Positions 30,071-42,489 of a stretch of DNA of 64,000 nt are shown here, piece after piece. The first letter of the stretch is position 1; each line of letters opens with the position of its first letter. The DNA comes from Octopus vulgaris (lineage: Eukaryota), in assembly GCA_951406725.2 (NCBI GenBank), contig OX597825.1, positions 53,692,001-53,756,000 of the forward strand. The letters run 5' to 3'. A program made the translations under genes and the position numbers. The notes under the pieces were generated by a model. That model saw only the letters and a list, made by a program, of their open reading frames with translations, did not search any database and was not told where the DNA came from.

Positions 30071-30699
30071 TAATACGATGAAGGGGGGGATAAATATGAT
30101 GACGTTGTAACAAATAATTGATATATTGATGAAAGCAATCCGAAAGAATTTGTTTGAAGTCTAGGTTTTCTTGGTAGATAAAATGAAGAAAAGGACAATA
30201 CAAGAAGAAAATATTGATAAGATGCCTAATACAAAACGGATTTCCCAAATATGCTGAAGACACAGATAGCTTCAGTCTCATATACAGTGAAACACGAGAA
30301 AGCTAGGTGGCAGCAATAGTGCAAAGGTTGTAGATATAGAGATATGGGGCATATGATTTTAAAGGCTTATAGGAAATACATTGACAGAACCAAGACAAAA
30401 ATATCATCAACATGGTAATTTTCGTTTTAGCTTCCACATTTCCAAGCTTGCCTGGGTCGCACAGAATCTCCTGAGGTGGATTTTCGACGGCCAGCTGTCC
30501 TTCCGTTGTCTATCCTTGCATGATTCATAGTAAAGAAATATTCCTCCATGACAAGAAATGTTTCCACTGAATATTGGAGACGAAGTTCATGGCTCGCATA
30601 ATGGCGACACTTGTTTATAACTATCATGCTACGTTAAGATAAATATATAGTAACGCACACACATACACACATACACATACATAAAATATAACTTCCTTT

Positions 30700-30935
30700 G
30701 AACTTTTATCTGTTGCATGTTTCAGTCAATTGACAGCGGATATACTGCTGCACCACCTTGAAAGGTTTTAGTCGAACAAATTGACTCCATGACTTGGTTT
30801 TTAAGCCTAGTACTTATTCGATCAGTAAATTTTCACTAACCACTAAGTTACCGGAACGTAAGCATACCAACATGAGTTGTCAATTGGTGAGGGGGGAGGT
30901 AAAAAAACTGACGCAGAGTGAGACACACACATGGA
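30700..30935 (-). mobile_element. SINE family A 3' half (its 5' half lies at 36323-36492)
   Basis: Reverse complement: TTGACAACTCATGTTGGT..GTAACTTAGTGGT..GAATAAGTACTAGGCTT..GGTGGTGCAGCAGTA..GACTGAAAC. Confidence 0.75.
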
Positions 30936-30952
30936 TACATACATACATACAA

Positions 30953-31033
<81 letters not shown>

Positions 31034-31034
31034 A

Positions 31035-31107
<73 letters not shown>

Positions 31108-31110
<3 letters not shown>

Positions 31111-31379
31111 TGTTATCGCCATATTAATATGGCAGTCTTATAGATATAAGACTAAAGCTGTCGCTGATTAGCTCCATTAGGCCATCGCCTTAAGCTAGCT
31201 ATTTGACACACAAACTGCGTCAAATACCTAGCTTAAGGCGATGGCCTCATGGAGCTAATCAGAGACAGCTTTAGCCTTATATCTATAAAACTGCCATATT
31301 AATATGGCGATAACAATTAATTTCCAGTAACGCTGCCGTAATCTCTTTTAGAGAGACTTAGTAATTTTAATATTTCTAT

Positions 31380-31380
<1 letters not shown>
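31108..31380. repeat. Foldback element: 100-bp arms (31108-31207 / 31219-31318) plus a unique 3' extension
   Basis: 5 mismatches in 100 bp by eye, 11-nt loop, flanked by (TA)n on both sides. Confidence 0.9.
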
Positions 31381-31412
<32 letters not shown>

Positions 31413-31591
31413 AGGGCTTAGTAAAATAAATTACTTTGCCACATACTGAACTCATTAGAAATAGCAGCTAAAGAAATTTCTTCAGCTATTTCTAATACTT
31501 AAAGAAGATCTCTCTCAGATAGTGTTTGCCTAAACCAACTCACAAAAGTATGGGGGAAAAAAACATTAAAAAATCAAGTGCAAAGGTTATT

Positions 31592-31643
31592 TGAGAACGT
31601 ACGTTTCTAGATTAGTCGATTCGACATTTCTTTCGTCAGCTCA
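31592..31643 (-). ncRNA. Type I hammerhead ribozyme motif (mirror copy)
   Basis: Reverse complement: TGAG-CTGACGA-AAGAAATGTCGAATCGACTAATCTA-GAAA-CGTACG-TT-CTCA. Confidence 0.75.
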
Positions 31644-32060
31644 GAATTCCTTGAATCGGATTTGGGAACACTGAAAGTCGGGAGCATACCCTTTCGGCTT
31701 CTAATCACCTCTAGAATTCTGCTCGAACTAAAAGTGCTATCAAATTCGAATATGCAAGCGAAGAATTTCTGCTCTCCCCTTTCCACCAGCGTGGGTTAAA
31801 ATTGACAAACACCATGTATTAACGGTGAAAACCGCAGCATTTAACAGAGAGAGATGAATTATAATTTCAACAATTGAGGGTAAAATTAATTGTGTTTGTC
31901 AATTTTAACCCACGCTGGTGGAAAGGGGAGAGCAGAAATTCTTCGCTTGCATATTCGAATTTGATAGCACTTTTAGTTCGAGCAGAATTCTAGAGGTGAT
32001 TAGAAGCCGAAAGGGTATGCTCCCGACTTTCAGTGTTCCCAAATCCGATTCAAGGAATTC

Positions 32061-32112
32061 TGAGCTGACGAAAGAAATGTCGAATTGACTAATCTAGAAA
32101 CGTACGTTCTCA
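32061..32112 (+). ncRNA. Type I hammerhead ribozyme motif
   Basis: Stem I TGAG/CTCA; core CTGACGA (32065-71) and GAAA (32097-100); stem II AGA..GTCG-AAT-TGAC..TCT; palindromic stem III ACGTACGT; GUU cleavage triplet. Confidence 0.75.
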
Positions 32113-32394
32113 AATAACCTTTGCACTTGATTTTTTAATGTTTTTTTCCCCCATACTTTTGTGAGTTGGTTTAGGCAAACACTATCTGAGAGAGATCTTC
32201 TTTAAGTATTAGAAATAGCTGAAGAAATTTCTTTAGCTGCTATTTCTAATGAGTTCAGTATGTGGCAAAGTAATTTATTTTACTAAGCCCTTATATATAA
32301 TGTAATATTTTGAATTCGCCTAAAATGGTCCCTTTACATACTGAATACTTGGTGAAATTGATTAATAATTAATTAATTTTACCCTCAATTGTTG

Positions 32395-32431
<37 letters not shown>

Positions 32432-32436
<5 letters not shown>

Positions 32437-35400
32437 TTAGATAAACTTAGATATGTTTCGACCAAAGATTGGCCCAGGCCATGTCTAACTTAATAGCACC
32501 ACCTGATAGGATTATTTAAATCCTGTTTAAGTCAAGTTTTGCTTATGGTCCATTCAAGTAGTGAGTTTTTGTTGGGTGAGTTGTATCCAATTATGGGTGG
32601 CTTATCTGGTATTGCTTGAAGGAATCTATCCAGACTCCGTTTAAAGTTGATGGGATCATTTTCCTCTTTGATCCCTTTCGGGACAATGTTAAATAGGGCA
32701 GGGCCTGTTGAGGAAAAGAAATTATATTGCAGTGTACATGTATGCTGTGATCTGGAATTTGGCAGGGGACGAATGGCCCGTGGTCCCAGTCTTGGATGAA
32801 CCTTGAAGCTAATGTTAAAGTCGTTTGGGCAAAGTTGGCGGTATATTCTCCACATCGTACAAATGATGTACCGCTCACCGCGACGCTGGAGAGAGTAGAG
32901 TTTCAAGGCTTTAAGGCGATCGCAATAATCGAGAGCAGCCATGCCTTCAATTCGTATAGTGAGTGCCCTCTGGGGTGATTCAATCCTTGAGATGTTTTGT
33001 CTTGTATGGGGAGACCACAGTGGGCAGCAGTATTCGAGGTGTGGCCGTACAAAGGAGGAGAAAAGTGGTAAGATGACACCTTGTTCTCTAAACCTGAAAG
33101 TTCTTAAGATCCTGGAACTCATCCTACGAGCTATATCGACCTTCTTGTTGATGTGTGCACTCCAACTGAGATAGTCATCAACAATTACACCCAGGTCTCT
33201 GATATTGTTAGAGGCTGTGAGCGGTTCCCCTGAAGGAAGAGAGTATAGCTGTTTTAGTGAGGAATTTCTTCCAAAATGCATCAGCTCAAATTTTCCCTCG
33301 TTCAGTTGCATTTTGTTTCTGTCTGCCCATTGACTCACAGCATATAGATAAGACTGGAGTTGAGTTCGGTCTGCTTCTTCATTCACGATCTGCTGGAGCT
33401 TAGTGTCATCAGCAAATATTTTCACTTTGCAGTAATGTACGACACTGGAAAGTTCGTTTATATAAATTATGAAAAGTAGCAGACCCAAGACTGTCCCCTG
33501 GGGGACACCGCTGGTGACTTTTGCTGGGCTTGAGTGGACTCCATCAACTACAACATGTTGTGTTCTATTCGCCAGGAAATACTTAATCCAGTGTAGAACT
33601 TTTCCATGGATTCCAACATTTGCCAATTTTGAGAGTAGGATATTATTGTCTACTCTGTCGAACGCTTTACTGAAGTCAAGATATATGACATCAGAGTTCA
33701 AACCTGTTCCCAAGGCTTTGAGTACATCTTCCATGTGGTGTAAGAGCTGTCTTAGACAGTCCCTGCCACAGCGAAAGCCATGCTGATTTGCATTTAGGAG
33801 TTTGTGGGTCTCCAGGAAGTCAGCTATCCTTGATCTTAACACTCTTTCAAACACTTTAATGATGAAGGAGGTGAGTGAAATTGGGCGATAGTTGACTGCG
33901 AGGGATCTGTTTCCCTGTTTGAAAACCGGGATCACTGACTGGGATAGAAACTGTTTCGGTATAAACCTGCGTCTAACGAATTTCTGCAGAGGTTGGTCAG
34001 AGGGACTGCAAGTTGGTGTCTACATTCCTTCAGGAGACTAGCGTGGAATCTGTCAGGACCTACAGCAGAGTAGTATTTGACCTCATTTATTGCTGCTATG
34101 ATGTCAGTGTCAGTGAAGGTTATGTCTGAGATTTGATGTTGGGAGTCAACTTCGTTCGCTTCTCTTACGTTAATATCAGTGGGAACACTAAACACAGAGC
34201 AGTATTGTTTCTGCAGTCTTTCTGCCATTTCTTTAGCATCGTGTTGGGGAATGCCGTTATCATCAATCAATGGCCCAATGGGTGAGACAGTGGTTCTATG
34301 CTTATTTGCATAAGAATAGAACACTTTCGGGTTCTGTTTGATGTTTTTGATTACCCACTGTTCCTCCACAGCTCTTTGATTTTCAATGGAGGTTTTCATG
34401 TCGGTCTGCAGATGAAGTTTTTCCAGCTCTAGCCTTTTCATTGTTGTTGAATGTGGATGTTGTATGTGGGAACATTTTAATTGGTTGATTTTTTTGTTGA
34501 GTCTTTTGATGCGCCTGATGAGTGTTTTTTTCTTTTTAGGGAGCCGGTTTCTGTTTGTGTTAGAAGATTTCGTGGGAGCGTTATAGAGCATGTATAGGTG
34601 ACAATGTTTTCAAAGTGCTGCCATGTGGTCTCAATATGGGTGGAATTGAGAGTAAAAGACCAGTCGATGAAAGACAGATCCTTTCTGATTGCTCCCCAGT
34701 CCGCATTGTGGAAGTTTATGTTGTCAAATAAGTGCCATGGAGTGGGATTGGCTGGTTTGGTTTTTATATGTCGGGAATTAAAATTGCAGAGTACCATGTC
34801 GTGGTCTGAGAGGAGGGTTTTTTCAACTGAAATACTGTGAACAAAGCTAGAGTGATTGTTCAATACCAGATCCAAGATAGTTTTATTCTGTCTCGCTGGT
34901 TCGAGCACTAGCTGAGTCAGGAAGTATTCTTCCATTAGATTAAAGAGCAGTTCTGCTGCTGCTCTATCTGATGTAGAGCATTTGCCTAACTTCAGAGTAT
35001 TTGTGGGCCAGTTAACATGAGGGAGGTTAAAATCACCCACCACTAGTATGTTTCCGGAGTTGTACTTCCGAAGGAAGGACTTGACTTTGTAAAGGCACTC
35101 TTCAAAGCACTTTAGAGGTGCTTGGGGAGGCCTGTAAAGACCAACAATGATTATGTCCTTGGCCTTGTTGAATAGTGATACAGATTCACAATAGCCATTG
35201 GAAAATATGTCCTTGGCATCAAGTGAAAAGGAGTCATGGATAAAGATGGCTGTCCCTCCCTTATTTCGGTCAGTGCGATCCGCACGTACAATGGTGAAAT
35301 CTTTTATTTTCACCTCGGCGTCCAAATGGGTGTTGTTCAGGTGAGTCTCGGTAAGGATAAAGAAAGGGAAGCAATGTGCCGTTTCGGCAAACCAACTTTC

Positions 35401-36298
35401 TATATATGGGATCTTTCATTTTTGGGCAATAATTGATGGGTTGATGCCACGTACATTTAACAGGAATGTCGAGGTAAGGGAAGTTTGATGTTTGCATTGT
35501 TCTAAGTTATGTTTTATGTTGTTCAGTGGTAACAATGTGGGTAGTTCTTGTATGGAGCTGTGTGTGTATGATGATTTTCTTGTTGGTAGTGGGTGTGTGG
35601 TCCTTGTGATTTGCATAGGTGGTTGCTGAAATCTCGTTGGATCTCCTGGCTTAGGTCGGCCTTCATATTTTTTAGGCAAAGATGTTGAGGCGAGAGTGGA
35701 TGGTTTTAATTGTTTTGGTGTTTTGCTTATTTGTTTGATTTTTAATGGCATGTGCAGTAGGGTGATAGTGGTGGATGGTGGTGGGTGATAGCTCTGATGG
35801 TTTTTCCAGTTCTTTTGCTAGATTCATTATGGCTAAAAAAGAGGAAGAAGTTTCCTGTCTAGGGAACTGTAAGTTACTGTGGTTGTGGTTATTTATATAT
35901 GAGTGGTTATTTCTATATGAGTCGTAGGTTTTATTGCTTTTATTTTTATTTTTATTTATATTGTCATTTGTCCGACGAGTCCCCGGGAAATGGGTAAAGG
36001 GGCAATCCCTGTGCAAACACAATCTGTCTCGCTGGGAATAGCGGCAGATTTGGGGATGCCTTGTTTGAGATATTGGTGGTTGTGGCGATGTTGTAGTAGA
36101 GTATGTATTATGGTGGTGGCTGTTGTAGTTTGTGGGGATAGAGCGTTTTGTTCCAGGTAAATGGGTGAATTTGCAGTCTCTAAGAGTGCATAATCTATGG
36201 CGAAGAGAATATCGGCAAATGATGGGGTTTCGAGTGGGTGAGTAGGTGTGTGTGTGAGTTGTGAGAGGTGTAGATGATAATTTGTTTGGGTTTTGGCG
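32432..36298 (-). mobile_element. Near full-length CR1/L2-group LINE: CCCH-finger ORF1 remnant plus frameshifted APE-RT ORF2
   Basis: APE motifs LLNVRG, GLYRPP, VVGDFNLP, LDLVL, SDHDMV (34477-35470). RT motifs NYRPISLTS, QHGFR, YLDFSKAFD, GVPQGTVLG, FADD, RDLGV (32532-33935). Tail (ATCTAAGTTT)n at 32432-32453. Flanked by (TA)n. Confidence 0.95.
32532..33935 (-). pseudogene. LINE reverse transcriptase domain, 467-aa open segment of a frameshifted ORF2
   Basis: RT domains are recognisable. The frame is disrupted upstream near 33950, 34590 and 35330-35400. Confidence 0.9.
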
Positions 36299-36322
36299 AT
36301 ATATATATATATATATATATAT

Positions 36323-36492
36323 ATACGACAGATTTCTTTCTGCTTCCGTCGTCTACCAGATCCACACACAACACGTTGGTCTGTCCGAGGATATAGCAGA
36401 AAATATTTGCTCAAGATACCACTCAGTAGGACAGAGCCCGGAACCGTGTGGTTGCGAATAAAGCTTCTTACCACTCAGACATGCTTGCACCT
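36323..36492 (-). mobile_element. SINE family A 5' half
   Basis: Reverse complement: GGTGCAAGCATGTCTGAGTGGTAAGAAGC..CCACACGGTTCCGGGCTC..GGTAGACGACGGAAGCAGAAAGAAATCTGTCGTATATA. Confidence 0.75.
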
Positions 36493-37137
36493 TATATAAC
36501 AAGAAAGTAACATGAATTTAGGTTACAGTATCATGACACGAATCATTTGATTACAGCAGGTCACGATACGTTGTCTTCCAAAACTATGTATTTTCATTGA
36601 GATATATGCGCTGGCTCCTACGTCGTTGAGACAATATATCAACACATCGATGCAAAATTCTCTAAGAAGTCATGTAAAACGGCAACAAATCCGGTGCATG
36701 GTAACTTGGCTATAGTTATGTGTCTCTACAGACAGAAACGAAATTAAGGCAAGTGGCCCATGGATAATCATTAAGGATTTAAGTCAAAATCTGTCAGTTA
36801 TAACAGATATACAGATATATACATCACTTTTGACCAAAACACTTCTACGAAGGTGATGAATTATATATCAAATACAAGACTGTTGAAAGTTATATAAACA
36901 TAACTCGAGATGAAAAAAAAAAGAAACGTGCTTACAACATAAAACATTGAGAGCAGACAAATACGCACTTAGTACTTGAAGCTGAATGCTAAAGTCATAG
37001 TAACGCGAGAAACAACAAATAGAATCCAGCGGCACTGAGAGGACATGACGCGGCAAAACAGATTTCTACAGGGCTAAAATTAAATTCTGAATACCGCATG
37101 AGAAAAAAAGAGAATAACACTCTAGTGTAGAAACTTG

Positions 37138-37184
<47 letters not shown>

Positions 37185-37254
37185 ATATATATCCATATAT
37201 CTATCTATCTATCTATCTTATATATATATCTCTCCATATATAAGTGCGTGTGTT

Positions 37255-37289
<35 letters not shown>

Positions 37290-37844
37290 GCATACATAGA
37301 TATACGCATGTACCTATCTTTCCCACTGTCTCGCAGTCTCTTTATGCATATATATCTGTATATATAAATATATATGTATACACATATATATATATATATT
37401 AACACACACACACATATATATATATATATGAATATATATACATATATCTATATATATATGTATATATGTATATATACAACTATACATACGAATTGTTATA
37501 TGTATATATATATATATGCATGTGTGTGTGTGCGTATGTGTATGTATGTATATAAAAGAGAGAAAAGACTAGTCAAAACGATTCGTGGTACCCATATTTA
37601 TTTCATAAATGTTTGAACAACTTTTATCGTTGTGATTCTTGCAACAAACCACGTTAACGATGAAGTGTGCGCTTCTCGTTTCTCTGAAACTATCAGTAAT
37701 ATGATTTTGAGCCAGTCTCCCATTAATAATTACATCTCTAACACCCAATCTCTGTCTCTTTCACTTCTTCTCTCTTTCTCTCTTTGTCTCACCTCTCTCA
37801 ATCTGTGTATCAAGACATTTATGTGTGTGTATATATGTATGAGT

Positions 37845-37899
<55 letters not shown>

Positions 37900-38377
37900 T
37901 ACATGTATCATATATATACATATACATACATATATATATGTGTGTTGTGTGCATGTAGGAGAGTATGAGTTCGCGCCTGCGTGTTTGTGTCTGTATATGT
38001 GTGTGTCTATATTTATATATTCATATATAGACAGTAACACGCGCCGTGCTTATAAGAGAACTCAAAGTTAAACACTAATGCAAGCGCATACATTTAACAT
38101 TAAACTGAATTCTAAAAGAGAAACACAAAAGTCAGATAACATGAATTGAATAGTATAAGAAATCTGAAGCGATGCCGTTTGAGTCTACACCTACACACAC
38201 AAACACACTGAGACACACAGACGCACAGACAAATCCGCAGACAATCATACATACACAAATAAATATATGTATCGATTAATATTTGCAAATGTGTGTGTAT
38301 GTGTGTGTGTGTGCGTGTATGCGTGTGTCTGCACTTGTGTGTAACAAAATGTATGAGTTCGCATGAAATACAAAAGC

Positions 38378-38690
38378 AATAATGATAATGATGATGATGA
38401 TGGCCACGATGGTGATAATGATGGTGATAATGATAATGATGATGATGTTGCTGACGATCACGATGATAGTGATGAAAATGATAACAGTGAAAAATAATAA
38501 TAATAATCATAATAATAATAACAACAACAACAACAATAATAATAATAATGAGAAGAAGAAGAAGAAGAAGAAGAAGAAGAAGAAGAAGAAGAAGAAGAAG
38601 AAGAAGAAGAAGAAGAAGAAGAAGAAGAAGAAGAAGAAGAAGAAGAAGAAGAAGAAGAAGAAGAAGAAGAAGAAGAAGAAGAAGAAGAGA
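38378..38690. repeat. Compound (GAT)n/(AAT)n/(GAA)n microsatellite with ~140 bp pure GAA
   Basis: Directly visible. Confidence 0.95.
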
Positions 38691-39102
38691 AATCAAAATG
38701 GCAACTATGAAAAACATCAGTGATACAGAGAAGCATGAAATATGAAAGTATAAATGTAAGAAAAATAAAAATAAATCAAGAGCGGGAATCTCTTTGTGGA
38801 AATAAAACCGTCTTCATCGATGTCAAATCTATTTGCCAAAGGTAATAATAACAGGTGTATGCAGACGATAGAAACATCATTTATATAGTGACAATAGGTG
38901 TCTAATTGAGCTATATAGTGGTATGTGCTAGCAACAAACTAAAACCATTCTTATTTCCTAGAATTACATCACTCATTCTCAATTATATTGCAACTATTTT
39001 GTAGCAATTCACGTGTAAATGATAGCTCGTTATAGTGTGATATATATGTGTGTGTGTGTGTGTATTGATGCACGTATGTATAAATATATATATAAATACA
39101 TA

Positions 39103-39152
<50 letters not shown>

Positions 39153-39589
39153 GGTCCTGGGTTATATATATATATACATATATATATGCATAAATACACA
39201 CAAGCATATATATATATGCACATATGAATATGCAGAGTTATATATATATGTGTGTGTGTATAGATTTGCATTTATGCACATTAATGCATGTGTGTGTGTG
39301 TGTGTGTGTGTTTGCGGATGCCTGTACGTGCGGTTGCATATCTACGTTTGTTTTCGGTTTTATTCTTTCATACTCACTTTTCTGTACTGTTTATCTACAT
39401 TTCTTCTTTGGAAATATGTGGTTTTTCCTGTTCAAATGGTCCATCAATTGATTTCTAGAAATATGATACACATTATCTATCTATCTGCCTGCCTGTCTGT
39501 CTGTCTATCTATCTATCTATATATCTATCTATCTATCTGTCTGTCTGTCTATTAATCAATCTTTATATCTGTCTGTCAATCTGAGTATC

Positions 39590-39631
<42 letters not shown>

Positions 39632-39724
39632 GTGTGTGTGTGTGTGCGTGCGTGTGTGTGTATATGTATGTGTGTATGTATTTATATACATATATAGCAT
39701 GGATACATACACATATATTTATAT

Positions 39725-39756
<32 letters not shown>

Positions 39757-40939
39757 CATATATGTATACACACACTCACACATACATATATATATACATA
39801 TATTTATATAATGTACATACATTCATGTAACATGTAATATATATGACTCCATTCTATATATGCATGCAAGCGAGTTATGTTTTTTTTCCATAAATTGATA
39901 TTTTACTTCAAGTAGAAATCACCAGTTCAAAGAGAATGAAATAATTTATAGTTTCAATGTTACTTAACAGCCTTCATTTCTTCCAACTTACTTTGCCTAC
40001 AGTTTGTTTCCGTTTTATTTGTTGTCGCTGTTGTTCTTGTTTTTGCTTTAACTGTTCCTCTAATTGTTGTTCTTGTTCTTGCTGCTCGTACATATATTCT
40101 TTTGTTTTTCTTTGGCTATGGTGTTTAGTAATTTCTCATGTATTTTCCCCTTCTTTCTGCTCTCCACCTGACAATTTCTTCAAGTATTTTCCATTCATTT
40201 CTGTCCTCTCACTGTAATACTTCGACAGAACAGAATTTCATAAGAAACGACGAGGCTAAAAAATAACCAGCAAACAGCAAAGCCTTAATAAAACTTTTTA
40301 AAATAAAACAGAAAATATCCTTTTAATTAAGCTATTGAAAGTAATTTTCTTTGCTCGTTATTTTATTACATGAATACAAAGGTAGATCTGTAAATGTTCT
40401 TCAGATCCTGAGCTAACGAAGCTATACAGGTGTAGTTTCAATTCTATGTCGGAATACATTCAGTTTGCATCGTCACTTATCCTGGGGTGTAAGAGGGTAT
40501 CTGTAGTGAAATCTGTGGGGGATATATTGGATGTATTTTGATTCTTTATTCTCTGACCTCAGATCAATTTTAATTGGTCCCCGAATGAAAATATGTAAGA
40601 CTAATATAAACGGACACTGCAGCCTTCTAAAACTCGTGTCTTTCATGATTAGGGTAATTTAAAAGAAATGGTGGTAGAATCTTTCTATTCTATTGCTTTA
40701 TGTTAAAACTTGGTGCTGTCAATACCCATAGCTAAACCTAAATTCCGTGTTTTCTTTCTATAATTATCCACTGTCTGTAGTTCATGACCTCCATTTGGTT
40801 CTGCCTTACTAAATATAAAATGGAGTTTTAATAAGCCTTCCATATAATAATGTATATAATGTAATGCAATATATATGCTATATGATATATAGCACTTATT
40901 CTGTCCCGAGAATTTTACTAATGGCTTATGATTAAAACA

Positions 40940-41110
40940 CAAGGGCAGAAAATTTAAGAGAAGTTTAACTGTAGTCATCAATCTCCCTATTTCACTGGTA
41001 CTTATTTTTGACCATGAAAGGGTAAGTGGCAAATGCTCCTTCGACGGGATTTCAATTTAGAAATTTCAGGAACCAGAACAAATATAATGAGTTTTAAAAC
41101 GATGTTTTAA
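40940..41110 (-). mobile_element. SINE family B, degenerate
   Basis: CACTGGTACTTATTTTTGACCATGAAAGG..GGCAAA..TCGACGGGATTTCAATTTAGAA resembles the family B core. Confidence 0.5.
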
Positions 41111-42438
41111 ACTGTCATGATGATAGGTGTTTCTGGTCATTCATAATTTTTCTACAAAGTCACAAATGCTAAGTAATACAGCTGAATTATATCCCCATTA
41201 TAAAGAAAGGACATTTTTATCGACTTTCAAGTACCATTCTAAAATATAATGTAAAATGAAAAACGAAAGTGGATAATTCATTAGACTAATTAATTTAGTA
41301 CATAGCTAATGACATAAACCATATGTTATAATATTTGTCATGATAGGCTAAGGTTGAAGTCGAGGAATCAGTTTCATAGATAGGTGTGGGGTAAAAAAAG
41401 AAAAAGAAGACTAGAACCATGGTAGATTTTATAAAATTCAGGAAATAGTTTCATGACCCAAGTGGAGTCCATAAATATGATGGCCTTTGTGCAGCATATA
41501 AAGGAAATATGCCAAATAGTTACAAACAGCTTTTACACGGTGAAACTAAAACTAGGAACCTATAAACCTACAACTCATTTCTTTCATGAAAAAGATACTT
41601 TGTATGCAAAGAGTAAAACAGTTTTTAGGGATTCCTAGAACAAATCAGTTTCAATTTCTTACAAAAGAACTTATGAAAACATGATCCTTCTGTCAGGTGT
41701 ATGTTTAGAAGCAAGAGATCTGGTGAACTGTTATAAAGTACTGAATATAAGTGAAGTAGGTATTATTGAAATCACTGTTTCTAATCAATATTTATATGAT
41801 TTGTTTCTATGATATTCCTTCTTTTGACATTTTCATTTCAAAAGCTTACCAGTGGTATTTGGCAAAGCTAAGATACCAAAGTTAAAATTCTTCTTTGAGA
41901 TATGCAAATGTGATCAGTCTGTGTCTGAAAGCGCAAAGATAATCCGAGGAAGTTTTTCTGTAATCTAGTTTAGGATGTGAGGGGAAGAAGATTTTTCGCC
42001 ACACTTCTTACGGGTTGAGCAATAATTACCGGTTGAGTAATAATATTACCATCCCTGGTTTGTGAGTCTCTCTCAAGGTGAATAATACAGGTGGGTGATG
42101 ATTGCCATGTTGAGTTAAGTCTCTAATATCGTCCGTTGATTGACAGTAAATAGAAGTCACCCGGTGGAAGATAATGAAAGTCTCCGTGGAATCAGTTGAT
42201 TTTCCATTTTCTTTGTGTCTCACCATCATTCTTTGCTTTTGTATTAAGGTGGTTAGTTGAAGGTGTGATACGATTATACACATAGAGTGCGTATATGTAG
42301 AATACAGTCATATTATTTATTATTATTTAGTACATAATATTAACATATTTTGATCCATAAACGAAATCCAATACACAGGTACACATACAAGTATATATAA
42401 ATATTGCATATGTATGCGTAATAATGTATGAATGCATG

Positions 42439-42489
<51 letters not shown>

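Larger units (their letters stand above)
31403..32398. mobile_element. Palindromic non-coding element: 410-bp arms (31403-31812 / 31892-32301), 79-bp spacer, one hammerhead per arm (Penelope pLTR/retrozyme-like)
   Basis: Arms are near-perfect reverse complements (one mismatch seen). Additional 27-bp IR at 31865-31891 / ~32371-32397. Related fragment at 44708-44828. Confidence 0.85.

Noticed and set aside
29432-30073. 212-aa His/Thr/Ile-rich ORF and overlapping ORFs
   Set aside because: Trinucleotide repeats lack stops in several frames on both strands; no evidence of coding.
38112-38745. Poly-K/R/S/L ORFs
   Set aside because: (GAA)n microsatellite.
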